A DNA stretch of 54,288 bases from an uncultured Ktedonobacterales bacterium (GTDB lineage: Bacteria > Chloroflexota > Ktedonobacteria > Ktedonobacterales > Ktedonobacteraceae). Positions 32,336 to 42,216 of this stretch are shown one piece after another. The position numbers and the translations under genes are program-made. The notes beneath the pieces are model-generated. The model saw only the letters and a program-made list of their open reading frames with translations. It made no database searches and was not told where the DNA came from. How positions within the stretch are numbered: position 1 is the stretch's first letter; the number at the start of each line of letters is the position of its first letter. The stretch is taken from positions 1-54,288 of the forward strand of contig CBJMBI010000001.1 of assembly GCA_966427955.1 (NCBI GenBank), written 5' to 3'.

Positions 32336-35300
32336 TTATTTTTTCTCTCCTTTCATTGCATTGATATCTAGTACTCGGTACATATCACTAAGGGTATTCG
32401 GATTGACACCCCGAGCCCTTTGCATCTGGGTTTCGTGACGTTCCGTCTGCCACTTAGTGATAGCATTAGCTAGGTCTTGACCAGTACCTCTATGACTTAC
32501 CCAATCTTGTTGTAATTGATGAAGTTCATCTTGAGTAGGCTGCCGATTCTGTAAGATATCAGTAAATTTCTTAAGATCACGTTCTCGTAAGTACGCGTAA
32601 TCATTTGCTGTGTTTTTAGCTTCCGCTGCTACGTCATAGTTCCGTGCTTCAGTGAACGGATGGAATGCAAAGTTTCGTTTACCCGTATCCGTGGTAAGAT
32701 CGAACGGATTGTTCGGATTGTTGGTACGGATTGATTGTAGCTCATCACTTCCAGGTCGATGGAATTCTTTATTTCCATTCCCTGCGTCTTTAGAGAACAT
32801 ATAATTCTCTTCCACACCTTTCAGAGAAGTGGGACTGTAATTATACAGGACTTGCTTCAATGTTGCCTTGTCTCGGTTCCTTGCTAGATCAATCATACTT
32901 CCGGCCATTCCAGCTAAAGTACTTCCAGTGGGGAATAATGTAGCCCATGGATTATCTGGGATAATATCAGCATTGGAATAACTCCCTTGCATGTTGATGC
33001 CAAGTTGGCTAAACATTCCGTAATTTGCCCAGTCCGGTAAGTTCCGTAAGAACACTCCTTTAAGAGAATCTGGTTTACCAACAATATGGGTAGAGAACTG
33101 ACGATACAACTCATTCGCCCAGTTAAAACCAAGCATACCGGAAGCACCAGCAAATGCAATACTCGTACCCAACATTACCATCAAGGGAGTAATTTGACCT
33201 TCCTTGATAGCATTCTTACCAAAGTAGATGTGTTGACTCAACTGATTCATTTTGAATCGAGTAAGTGTAGACGCAATGTCTCCCATGAAACCCATCTTAC
33301 CGTAGACTAGTGGCCGTTCAATAGGACGGTAATCCACCATAGCACCACGAGTAAAGTTCTCAGCAGTCCCCAAAGCATCTTTCATTTCCATACCAGCATC
33401 TACAAGAGCGTGGGTCCATGTACTAAATGTCACTGCCCGTAAGGCCAATTCAGGATAGATTACATTGGCTTCTACAGTATTGTCTATAATCCGCTTAATT
33501 GGTGATCTAGAGATATCCTCTAGATGGTTCTTCAGATTTACTGCAAACACTGCATTGGTCTTGTTATAATTCCAGATTGCCTTTTCAGTCGGATTCAGAT
33601 GACTGGTATCTCCGTTTCGGACAAACGCCTTCATAAGATTCAAAGAAGTGTTGGTTCCCTTAAGAGTACTAGACCAAAAATGAACATCATCAATACCACG
33701 TGCCTTGACCATTCGAGCAAACTGCGGGTTCGACTGAAAGAACTGGGTGAGTGTCAGCATCGAGTGTGGAATACGAAAGAATCCTAACCACATCTGAAGC
33801 AAGGCACTCTTCTGGAAATTATTAAGTCCACGGAAATAACTAGGACCCATCCCCGTAGCATTAGCAATACCATTTAGAATACCATTCATAGCATCCCTAA
33901 GAGGTGATGCAGTATGTCCGATAGCATTGTTCAAATAGTCGTTCACATATGATTTGGCATTGGGTTTATCCACATCTGGATCAACAAGCATCTGCTTAAC
34001 TTCATGGGCTGCATCTTGAAGGTTAGACCATTTGATCATATTCTCAGCATACTTCAACTGAGATTGCATTCCATTCACGGCATTAGTCTTCTGGTTCTCC
34101 CAGGCTTTCTTCCCTTCAGCACCAAAAATACCTTCTTTATCTTTAGCATGTTTCAATGCTCCAAGCATCTTTGCAGCATCATTGGTCAAGTACGAACGAT
34201 AAGAATCAAGAATACCTTTAACATCACTATCTGTCTTACTCAAGAGATCCAAAGCATTCATATATCCTTGGAACATGTTTTGAGGGTGTTGATTATCAGG
34301 ACGATTTAAGGTCGGTTTCTCAAAATCATATTTACCCGGATTCTGCTCATCGATATGCTTGATGATCTGATTAAGCATCCATCGATTATCGTGGCCTACG
34401 AATCCAACGATTCTTCCTGTTCCCTTTTGATATACAAGACTACGGAAGTCACCAACGAAACGAGAAGACATATAAGCGATACGAGGATCAATGGCAGGCA
34501 AACCAATCTTATTACGAGCGTCATTAACTTGACCAAGGATCTTGTCCATAACGTCAAAGTGTGTTTTATAGTAGTCAATTTGTTTTTCATTGAAACCCTT
34601 TGCTCGAAGTTCACCTTCCGTAAATCGTTTCTCACCTTCATTCAAATCCATTAAGGCATAGATTTCGCCCTTCTCCGAATCATTAAGGGCACGCATCTTA
34701 GCTTGCAGACCGTTTGATTTGTCCGTCAGAAGTTGTTTGACTTGGTAATCAATCATCTTTTGAGCACCACTGATCTTTGTATAGGCCCATTTAACTACCG
34801 GACTTTTACTAATCGTGGATGCCCATAGACCTCCTTGAGCCACATTCTTGGTCAACATATTACTGTCCATATCAGGAGCTTGTTGGAAATCTTGTTTTAC
34901 TTCTTCATAAGGACGATCATCGGGAATCCACTCCTTAATGGCGTCGAACTTTCCCAGAGGAGAATTTCCTCCTTGAATACGATCAACTGCATTACCATTC
35001 TTTTGAACTTCCCAATTCTTATTAGCTTGCTTATTGATTGCATCAGCAATACCAGATTTAATAATCTTAGCAGTAGAATCAATAGTAGATGGTTTGGAAA
35101 TCATTCGACTGAGTTGCTTGAACACAATGCCGTGGAAGGCTTTGAGCATACGTCCAATACCATCCATTAACCATTGAGGGGGTTTCAAGCCCATGTTCAT
35201 TTCGATAACACCATCTTTATCAAAAGGGTGGACCTTAGCCGCCACACTATCCATCGATCCTTGGAAGAACTTGGTAATGTTCTCTTTCGATTTCTCCAGA

Positions 35301-37054
35301 GTTTTCTGGGCATCTTCCAATCGACCTTCCAGCGTACGTCGAGATTTACCCGGTTGCATAGATGCTATTTGAGCTTGTAGAGCATCTACTCGTCCTTGAT
35401 TTGCCTTTACTGTGAGCTGCTCATTCACTTTTCGTTCAAGAATCGAATCGTTAACTGCCTTAGCAAAGTTCTTGGCAATAGTCGGACGATCGAATAAACC
35501 ACCTTGACGATCACTCACAGTATCTAGATATTTATCGTAGGCTTGATCCCGATCTTCAGGAACTTCAAATGCTGTCTCAGGACGACTAGCAAGGTTATCC
35601 ATTGTTTGATCAAACTCTTCACGAGACAAGGTCCGGGGTTCTTCATCAGGACCATACTGATCATACCGTCGTTGATCTAGATCATTAAACAGATCTCCTT
35701 GTACAGGTTCATTATTGAATTCTTGAACCCGACGTTCCATCTCGTCTTTGAATGGACGGATGGCCTCCATCTCAGACATAGGTGCTGCTTCACCTTCTTG
35801 ATTGACAGCAATCGGTTCATTAGGCCCAACTCGATCATTACCATTCTCAAAATCAAGTTCCATCTGCCGCAAGTTACGTCCTTGTTGGATGGGAACTTGT
35901 TCCTCCACTGGAGCTTCTTCAACAGGTTTACCCGGACCAAATGCACCATTCTGTTGATCAGCCCTGTTCATCATCTCTTCAAAAGAAGAGGTGGGTTCAT
36001 CAGCCGGACCTCGCATATCTTGTAACTTTTGAGCAGCTAATTCGGCTTCGCCCGCACCACCGGCTTTACCAGTCACGTGGGCTAATGATCCTGCTACTGG
36101 AGCTGTCAGCAGTAGACCTTGTTCAAGGTTAGTGATGTCTTTTACATCTTGTGCATTAATAGCTTTATCATACCCCGTTTGATTGGCAATACCTTGGGCC
36201 AGATACGGAGCTAATTTATTCGGAACGGTATTGAATGCAAAATCCAAAGCTTTTTGCGGTAACTGATACCCCTGAGTCTCATGTAATGCTGAGGTGTCTA
36301 CACCAGCTTTATTTAAAAGGTTCTCCGGACTAAATTGAGAGAACTCTTGCTGACCCGATTGAACAGCATTACCAAGAGCTTCACTGAGACCTTGTCCGTT
36401 GGCAAGATTCTCGACACCGTGAAGAGCAGTGCTAATACCAATCGGTAAGGCTTCTAGAGCACCCCCCGCAAAGTTAGCTGCTTGCATTCCCAAACCTTTC
36501 AGACTGTCCCAATTAGATGGGGATTTCGGTGCATCCTCCCAACTACCAGATTGTGCTTCTTGAGTGGGTTGTTGAGTAGGGGCGTCTTCCCATCCATTAC
36601 TCGACGAAGGACTATCAACATTATTACTATTCGTCTTGGCAGCGAAGTTCGATACGTAATTCTTAGTTTCCGTATTGTCTGGAGTAGCTCGACCACTATT
36701 ATATAAACTCAATGCGCCATTGACATCTCCGTTGGTTCGTTGAAGATTTTGCTCCATTAAGTAGCGATGGATGAACAATGAATCGTTAACATTGTGGGGA
36801 TCTAGTTTACGGCCCGTTTGCTGTTCGATAGCCCGGAGAGTGGCTGGCATAACCTGTGCCATACCTGTAGCACCCTTAGGGCCGACAGCATTTGGATTAT
36901 ACTTGGACTCGATTCCTAATTGCGCAGCAGTGCCTCCCGAAGGCCACTTGGGATATCGGGATTGAATATCGGCGTCACTTACAGCCATTGCTGTTTGAAG
37001 TGGAAGCGCCCCTTGCGGGGCGTCTTCCCAACCACCATTGTCATTAGTTGCCAT
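32336..37054 (-). CDS. Giant internal virion / ejection protein with an N-terminal SLT lytic transglycosylase domain (T7 gp16-like role)
   Basis: 1572 aa. LGIESKYNPNAVGPKGATGMAQVMPAT ... LSLYNSG. Confidence 0.85.
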   Translation of the reverse strand: MATNDNGGWEDAPQGALPLQTAMAVSDADIQSRYPKWPSGGTAAQLGIESKYNPNAVGPKGATGMAQVMPATLRAIEQQTGRKLDPHNVNDSLFIHRYLMEQNLQRTNGDVNGALSLYNSGRATPDNTETKNYVSNFAAKTNSNNVDSPSSSNGWEDAPTQQPTQEAQSGSWEDAPKSPSNWDSLKGLGMQAANFAGGALEALPIGISTALHGVENLANGQGLSEALGNAVQSGQQEFSQFSPENLLNKAGVDTSALHETQGYQLPQKALDFAFNTVPNKLAPYLAQGIANQTGYDKAINAQDVKDITNLEQGLLLTAPVAGSLAHVTGKAGGAGEAELAAQKLQDMRGPADEPTSSFEEMMNRADQQNGAFGPGKPVEEAPVEEQVPIQQGRNLRQMELDFENGNDRVGPNEPIAVNQEGEAAPMSEMEAIRPFKDEMERRVQEFNNEPVQGDLFNDLDQRRYDQYGPDEEPRTLSREEFDQTMDNLASRPETAFEVPEDRDQAYDKYLDTVSDRQGGLFDRPTIAKNFAKAVNDSILERKVNEQLTVKANQGRVDALQAQIASMQPGKSRRTLEGRLEDAQKTLEKSKENITKFFQGSMDSVAAKVHPFDKDGVIEMNMGLKPPQWLMDGIGRMLKAFHGIVFKQLSRMISKPSTIDSTAKIIKSGIADAINKQANKNWEVQKNGNAVDRIQGGNSPLGKFDAIKEWIPDDRPYEEVKQDFQQAPDMDSNMLTKNVAQGGLWASTISKSPVVKWAYTKISGAQKMIDYQVKQLLTDKSNGLQAKMRALNDSEKGEIYALMDLNEGEKRFTEGELRAKGFNEKQIDYYKTHFDVMDKILGQVNDARNKIGLPAIDPRIAYMSSRFVGDFRSLVYQKGTGRIVGFVGHDNRWMLNQIIKHIDEQNPGKYDFEKPTLNRPDNQHPQNMFQGYMNALDLLSKTDSDVKGILDSYRSYLTNDAAKMLGALKHAKDKEGIFGAEGKKAWENQKTNAVNGMQSQLKYAENMIKWSNLQDAAHEVKQMLVDPDVDKPNAKSYVNDYLNNAIGHTASPLRDAMNGILNGIANATGMGPSYFRGLNNFQKSALLQMWLGFFRIPHSMLTLTQFFQSNPQFARMVKARGIDDVHFWSSTLKGTNTSLNLMKAFVRNGDTSHLNPTEKAIWNYNKTNAVFAVNLKNHLEDISRSPIKRIIDNTVEANVIYPELALRAVTFSTWTHALVDAGMEMKDALGTAENFTRGAMVDYRPIERPLVYGKMGFMGDIASTLTRFKMNQLSQHIYFGKNAIKEGQITPLMVMLGTSIAFAGASGMLGFNWANELYRQFSTHIVGKPDSLKGVFLRNLPDWANYGMFSQLGINMQGSYSNADIIPDNPWATLFPTGSTLAGMAGSMIDLARNRDKATLKQVLYNYSPTSLKGVEENYMFSKDAGNGNKEFHRPGSDELQSIRTNNPNNPFDLTTDTGKRNFAFHPFTEARNYDVAAEAKNTANDYAYLRERDLKKFTDILQNRQPTQDELHQLQQDWVSHRGTGQDLANAITKWQTERHETQMQRARGVNPNTLSDMYRVLDINAMKGEKK

Positions 37055-37059
37055 AATTA

Positions 37060-38070
37060 TTACTTTCCTTTAAGGCGACGTCCAAAGTTTCCAGTTGCCG
37101 GATTAATTCCGTATTCATACTTATCTGGTTCATATTTACCAAAGGCCGATACTGCGGCCGATTGAACTGCATTGCCTTGTAGAGGCTGTGTTGGTTGATT
37201 AGCCAGCGCAGGGGCTTGTTGTGGTCCTCCTTGGGGACTTGGCTGTCCTTGGTCAAATCCTCCGAACTGGGGTTGTACACCAACCAAAGTTTGAGTTGTT
37301 TGGGCGGCCAACTGTCGTACACTCGCAGCAGCTTGACGAAGTTGTTCTGCACCTTTCAAATCACCCGCAGCATAACGTTGTGCTGCAAGTTGTTCAAAGT
37401 TCAAGGCCTGTTGTCGCGCTTGTCGTTGAATCTCCGCTGCCTGGATGCGAGCATTTGCCATTGTTTCGGCCGATTGAACACGTCCTGCACTGGTGATATT
37501 AGCAACGTTTTCTCGACCTTGATTTTCAAGTTCTTTCTCGGCCATTGTTTGTTGGAATCCGGAACTAGCTTGAATCATTTTTTGGGAAACATTACGGAGC
37601 ATATCAGGATCGCCCGAGGCTAACGGTCCAAGAGTCTCGGGATTTAAATGGTATTGGGCCATAATCTGCTGCATCATTGCAGGCCGTGCTGGAGCAGGCA
37701 CACCGTCCATAATCCCAGCAATCTGACCTGCCATTTGACCGACCGTAGTTAGCTTCTGCGCTTGATCAGTGGTAAGTTTAAGCTGATTACCTGCTATCTG
37801 AGCTTCTGCACCACTAGGAGCAGCAGCCATATCTACCAAACCCTTGGCTTGAGACTGCATTCCCATACCTTGTTCATAACCAGTCTGAGCTTTTTTAAAA
37901 AGATTCTCAAGGCCGGGTTGTTGAGCTAGATCTGGAGCTTGTTGTTGTAAGATATCCTGTTTGGTTTGGGCTTCTTGATTGGCAATTGAATTTTGGATGC
38001 CCATCTGTGCTGCCGCATCAACCGGACTTACAACTTGAGCTAGTGTTTGTTGATCATTAATATAAGGCAT
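37060..38070 (-). CDS. Gln/Ala-rich internal virion protein (gp15-like position)
   Basis: 336 aa of low complexity, lying between two other internal-protein genes. Confidence 0.5.
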   Translation of the reverse strand: MPYINDQQTLAQVVSPVDAAAQMGIQNSIANQEAQTKQDILQQQAPDLAQQPGLENLFKKAQTGYEQGMGMQSQAKGLVDMAAAPSGAEAQIAGNQLKLTTDQAQKLTTVGQMAGQIAGIMDGVPAPARPAMMQQIMAQYHLNPETLGPLASGDPDMLRNVSQKMIQASSGFQQTMAEKELENQGRENVANITSAGRVQSAETMANARIQAAEIQRQARQQALNFEQLAAQRYAAGDLKGAEQLRQAAASVRQLAAQTTQTLVGVQPQFGGFDQGQPSPQGGPQQAPALANQPTQPLQGNAVQSAAVSAFGKYEPDKYEYGINPATGNFGRRLKGK

Positions 38071-38078
38071 ATTAGAGA

Positions 38079-39482
38079 TTACCCGCCAAAAAGACTACTA
38101 AGACTATTTAATCCTGCACTACCTGCTTGCATAAGACCCTGCATACCTTGAGGATTCGCAAAGTTATAGAACAAACTATTTAACATTGAGGCACCTGGAG
38201 TAGCAGTAGCAGCTTGGTAGTAATTATTATTCCCCAAAGCATTTGCTCTGGCTTTGGTTAATTCGGCGGCCAATTGAACTGCACGATTACCATATTGACT
38301 ATTACGACCAGCAGCGGCATCTTGGCGGGCCAAGGACTGCATCATTTGTTGAGCATATGGACTATTCGGCGAGAACTCATTGTTAATTTGATTGGCATAG
38401 TTATTTTGAGCTTGCTGTTGCCTAAATTGTTGATAAGCACCAAGTCCCGATTTTGCTAAATTCATCCAGGGACTAATCTGTTTGTATAGATCAGCTAACG
38501 ACGAAAGGTCCATATTTCCTCCGGCAGTGGGTTGTCCTAAAGCACCCGCTTGAACATTGTTGAAACCATATTGAGAAGTATTACCAAAAGTTTGTCCCAT
38601 CGGACTACCCGTTGCAGTAGACTCAGGACCATATAACGAAGAGAGGCCTTGTGTACCCGGCATCGCTTGTGACGCTGCGTCGCTACCAGTTGTAGCCGGT
38701 GCAACACTATTAGGACTTGCTGCGGCTGCTTGAAGTGCTCCATTATCTCCAGAACTCATTCCCATCTGTAGACTGTTTGACATATCTGCCATCGGAGCAT
38801 TACCAGTCGCCCCCGTCGCACTTACAGGAGAAGCCCCTGAGGCAAGAGCATTCTGTTGCACAGTAGCATTAAGATCCGGAACACTTCCCGCACCAATACC
38901 TGTACCTTGCGTACCACCACCTAAACCTCCCGAGAACTGTCCCGCTGATGAACCAACACCCTCTAATGAACTAGGTCCAGCGATTCCCATATTACCAGCT
39001 CCCATAGCAGTCGCTGTACCAGGACCCATTGCAGTACCTGTACCCGCTGCTGGACCCCACATTGCACCACCACCTGTACCGGCTTCTAATCCTCCCATAG
39101 AGGTTGTACCAGAAGAACTAAAATCCCCAGCAAATGAAGCACCATCCCCCGTACCACCCATAGCACCCGTTAGGGCAGGTCCGGCATACATACCAGCGAT
39201 AGCCGGGGCTACTTTATCTGCAACACTGTTGATACCACTAAACAATCCAAGGGCACCTGAATCTCCTGGATTGTCTTGATACATATCCTGCCATGCACCA
39301 GATGTGAAGTTCCCAGTCGGACTAATTAAAGCGCCACCCGGACCGTTATTAAACAATCCGCCAAAGAATGGATCATAACCCGGGACTCCGAATGCTGCCC
39401 CTAGAGCCTGAAATGGATGATTGAATAATTCTCCAACGGAATCTTTTACAAAACTAAAGGCGTCATCGATAATCCCGCACAT
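38079..39482 (-). CDS. Gly/Ala/Ser-rich internal virion protein (gp14-like position)
   Basis: 467 aa. Long G/A/S/T tracts with a Q/N-rich C-terminus. Confidence 0.5.
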   Translation of the reverse strand: MCGIIDDAFSFVKDSVGELFNHPFQALGAAFGVPGYDPFFGGLFNNGPGGALISPTGNFTSGAWQDMYQDNPGDSGALGLFSGINSVADKVAPAIAGMYAGPALTGAMGGTGDGASFAGDFSSSGTTSMGGLEAGTGGGAMWGPAAGTGTAMGPGTATAMGAGNMGIAGPSSLEGVGSSAGQFSGGLGGGTQGTGIGAGSVPDLNATVQQNALASGASPVSATGATGNAPMADMSNSLQMGMSSGDNGALQAAAASPNSVAPATTGSDAASQAMPGTQGLSSLYGPESTATGSPMGQTFGNTSQYGFNNVQAGALGQPTAGGNMDLSSLADLYKQISPWMNLAKSGLGAYQQFRQQQAQNNYANQINNEFSPNSPYAQQMMQSLARQDAAAGRNSQYGNRAVQLAAELTKARANALGNNNYYQAATATPGASMLNSLFYNFANPQGMQGLMQAGSAGLNSLSSLFGG

Positions 39483-39484
39483 AC

Positions 39485-39928
39485 TTACAATTCCTTAGTA
39501 AAAATATAACCGGCTGTTTGGAACCCTTGATGATGAAAAAATCTCTGGGCTTTTTCAATATTAATTCCGGTATTATGGAAAATAGTAAACTCTTTTGCTC
39601 CAACCCCTTTTGCCCACTTCTCAGCAGCTTGAACTAATTCACTAGCCACATTACTTCCTCGAAATTCAGGTTTTACATAGAACGCTAAATCTGCTACCCA
39701 AATCTCTCCAGAAAAATAATGTGTGGTTTTTTGCACTACAATAAACCCACGAAAATCTTCATCGTAAGCTAGAAAAAAATCTGGATTTTGTTGGGTATTC
39801 CAGACAAGTTTCCAACAACGATCTTCATTGTAGGGCGTATTCTTGTATTTAGATTCCTGATGAAGTTCCTTCCCTAAATTGATTAATTCCAGTCCTGTTT
39901 CTTTATCAAGTACTTTATTTAGAATCAT
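39485..39928 (-). CDS. GNAT-family N-acetyltransferase embedded in the virion module
   Basis: FIVVQKT...WVADLAFYVKPEFRGSNVASELVQAAEKWAKGVGAKEF...FFHHQGF fits the GNAT beta4-alpha3 / alpha4 layout. ATGA overlap with the upstream fibre-like gene. Confidence 0.75.
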   Translation of the reverse strand: MILNKVLDKETGLELINLGKELHQESKYKNTPYNEDRCWKLVWNTQQNPDFFLAYDEDFRGFIVVQKTTHYFSGEIWVADLAFYVKPEFRGSNVASELVQAAEKWAKGVGAKEFTIFHNTGINIEKAQRFFHHQGFQTAGYIFTKEL

Positions 39929-40404
39929 GTGTAAATAGCCAAAGTAAAATCACCGGTGCCTGTTAAGTGCACTACTGCGGTATTGACATTTGAGAGATCG
40001 ATCCATTGAACTGAAACTCCGTTTGTCATTGAAGTTGCTGTAGCACCAATAGAGGGAAAAGCTGCATTCAGATTGTGAGTGATCGTGTATACACTACCAC
40101 CACCACTTACTGTCCAGCCAGTTGGGAATCCAGTTCCTACTCCCGATTGAACCATTCCCCGACCTGTCATATGCCATGCATTTCCGGTAGAAGTTTGCCC
40201 ACCACTTGCATTACCACCCTGAATATTCTGAAGCATATTGTGATTCCGATGGGTAATATCAGACAAATATGCATTAGAGAAATTTAAACTGGACCAGGGA
40301 ATATTTTGTCCATTAAGAAAATTTGTTAAGTTTGTATACCATTCAATCCAATAATAACTTCCATTGGGAGAGTTGAGCGGCGGCGGAGGTACTCCAGCAG
40401 TCAT
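39925..40404 (-). CDS. Small tail-fibre-like protein
   Basis: THRNHNMLQNIQGGNASG...AWHMTG resembles the H..L..lqGG...H motif of fibre proteins. Confidence 0.45.
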   Translation of the reverse strand: MTAGVPPPPLNSPNGSYYWIEWYTNLTNFLNGQNIPWSSLNFSNAYLSDITHRNHNMLQNIQGGNASGGQTSTGNAWHMTGRGMVQSGVGTGFPTGWTVSGGGSVYTITHNLNAAFPSIGATATSMTNGVSVQWIDLSNVNTAVVHLTGTGDFTLAIYT

Positions 40405-40408
40405 TAAA

Positions 40409-41743
40409 TCATCTCCTCACTTCTTGAATAATATCAACCTCAAAAGATTCTAAACGCAAGGGATAGGGTTGATTAAATATAAACTTAAAAGCACGTCTTC
40501 GACTTATCCCTAGTTGAGTAATTGTGGGATAAGTTCCATTAATATTTAATGTGGTCCCAGTGATCCAGGTATTATAGTCATCATCCGACCAATACACTTG
40601 AATTGGAGTATTTGTATCTCCATTTGGAGAATCCCCGTTTAAAGATAAACGATAGAATCTTTTACGTTTAATCGTGTCAAAATCTACTTTAGAAGTAATG
40701 ACTGTGCAGGTGATCGCCCCAGAAAAATCAGTATACCATTGGGGATTTAGTGTTACAACTCCCGGACCCTGGGTACTAATTAGATAGGGATTCCCACTGG
40801 GATTATCCGCAGCGTAATCATAAATAAATCGATTTCCACCAGTTGCCCATTCGTGCCACATCTGTTCTTCGAAATCATAAACAAACGTTCGATTCGTTGC
40901 ATTTAAGTTGAGAACATACCACTTATGACCAGCACATTGAATTGAGAATGCGGTTGCACTATTTATACTAGCACCCTCTAAATCTAAAGCTTCTCGAACG
41001 GGTTCATTTGCAATCTCAGTTGGCTGAAAACCGTCGATAACCCAAACAGTACGTCCACCTGCTGAAGTTGATGCTACTAGAATTAATTGTTTTTCTGTTT
41101 GAACAACTGCCCGGGGAGCCGGAGAACCAAATTGTGTAACAGCCGGCGCGTTACGTTGTAATGGAGATCCTGTAGCATTACCATTATCATATAACCACTC
41201 AATGGAGGTTTGGCCGATACAAGCAATATAGTTCTGGACTTTTGCTAATCCTACTAAGGAATCCGGGAACATTTCAGCATCGATGAATCCATCAGCTGGC
41301 CATGTTAATGGATCAGTTACATTACTATTGTGAACTGTTTGTGAATTCGCAGCAGCTAAAAATATATAACCATCAAAGAAGATTGGAGTTGGAATATGCG
41401 GGTTAGGAAAATTCGGACTCGATATCTGCGTGAAGGAACTATCTGTATTAATCACATACCCATTGGTCCCATCTACCAGTATTAATTGGACCGCTGAATC
41501 AGTTCTGTATTCACAAAAACCAACAGGTCCTCCACTTGTAGCGAGAGTAATTACTCCAACCCCATTAGCAAACACAGTATTACCAAAGACTGAATAGAGA
41601 TTATTATTAGCTGCCCAGAAATGACATCCACGGCCACCACCACTCCCAAACATTCCCCATAAAGCTGTGCCAGGACGTTTCTTCAGATAATACTTCTTAC
41701 CATCACTGATCGGGCTTTTAATAAGTTCTGGATACATATTCAC
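40409..41743 (-). CDS. Tail tubular protein B / nozzle-hub protein (P22 gp10-like). The true start is probably upstream of GTG 41743.
   Basis: VNMYPELIKSPISDGKKYYLKKRPGT and the C-terminal ...RRRAFKFIFNQPYPLRLESFEVDI resemble P22 gp10 termini as recalled. The frame stays open upstream to 41896. Confidence 0.55.
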   Translation of the reverse strand: MNMYPELIKSPISDGKKYYLKKRPGTALWGMFGSGGGRGCHFWAANNNLYSVFGNTVFANGVGVITLATSGGPVGFCEYRTDSAVQLILVDGTNGYVINTDSSFTQISSPNFPNPHIPTPIFFDGYIFLAAANSQTVHNSNVTDPLTWPADGFIDAEMFPDSLVGLAKVQNYIACIGQTSIEWLYDNGNATGSPLQRNAPAVTQFGSPAPRAVVQTEKQLILVASTSAGGRTVWVIDGFQPTEIANEPVREALDLEGASINSATAFSIQCAGHKWYVLNLNATNRTFVYDFEEQMWHEWATGGNRFIYDYAADNPSGNPYLISTQGPGVVTLNPQWYTDFSGAITCTVITSKVDFDTIKRKRFYRLSLNGDSPNGDTNTPIQVYWSDDDYNTWITGTTLNINGTYPTITQLGISRRRAFKFIFNQPYPLRLESFEVDIIQEVRR

Positions 41744-41874
41744 AAAACGCTGATCCTTCCCAGGACTACCATCACGTTGTTGTGGCGATCCAATAAAAGA
41801 GAAACGCTGTGTGTGATACTGGGTAAAATATGGATTAGTAGCGATGATATCTCTCCATCGCGCTATGTGCGCTC

Positions 41875-42216
41875 TTAGTTGCCATCCTTTACCTCTTCAT
41901 GAATTTCTTCAACAGTTTCCAGAATTTCTTCATCCGTCTTCTTAGCTTGTTCTAGCATGGACTTAATGGCATTCATTACTTCGGAATGCTGGATATCTGT
42001 TTGTTCTTGCATCATTGCAAAGAATGCCAAGGACACTGAAGCTTCTGAACTAAGGATCAGATTGATAATTCCGAAGTCCGGATCAAACTTAAGCATTCCA
42101 TGTAGCACCGTGAGCCACAGGGCAATAAAGCCCAACAATCCCCATAGGAACGTTGCAGAGCCTCTAAACTTGGCATACCACGTTGCAAGATTATTGTCCA
42201 TAAGGATTGCCTCCAC
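41875..42216 (-). CDS. DUF1003-like two-TM membrane protein
   Basis: FRGSATFLWGLLGFIALWLTVLHGMLKFDPDFGIINLILSSEASVSLAFFAMMQEQ, followed by an acidic coiled tail. Confidence 0.5.
   Translation of the reverse strand: MEAILMDNNLATWYAKFRGSATFLWGLLGFIALWLTVLHGMLKFDPDFGIINLILSSEASVSLAFFAMMQEQTDIQHSEVMNAIKSMLEQAKKTDEEILETVEEIHEEVKDGN

Noticed and set aside
38079-38100. The N-terminus MCGII of the 467-aa Gly-rich protein resembles the MCGIVG nucleophile of class-II amidotransferases.
   Set aside because: The rest of the protein is a low-complexity G/A/S/Q sequence with none of the Ntn-hydrolase core motifs. Its position identifies it as an internal virion protein.
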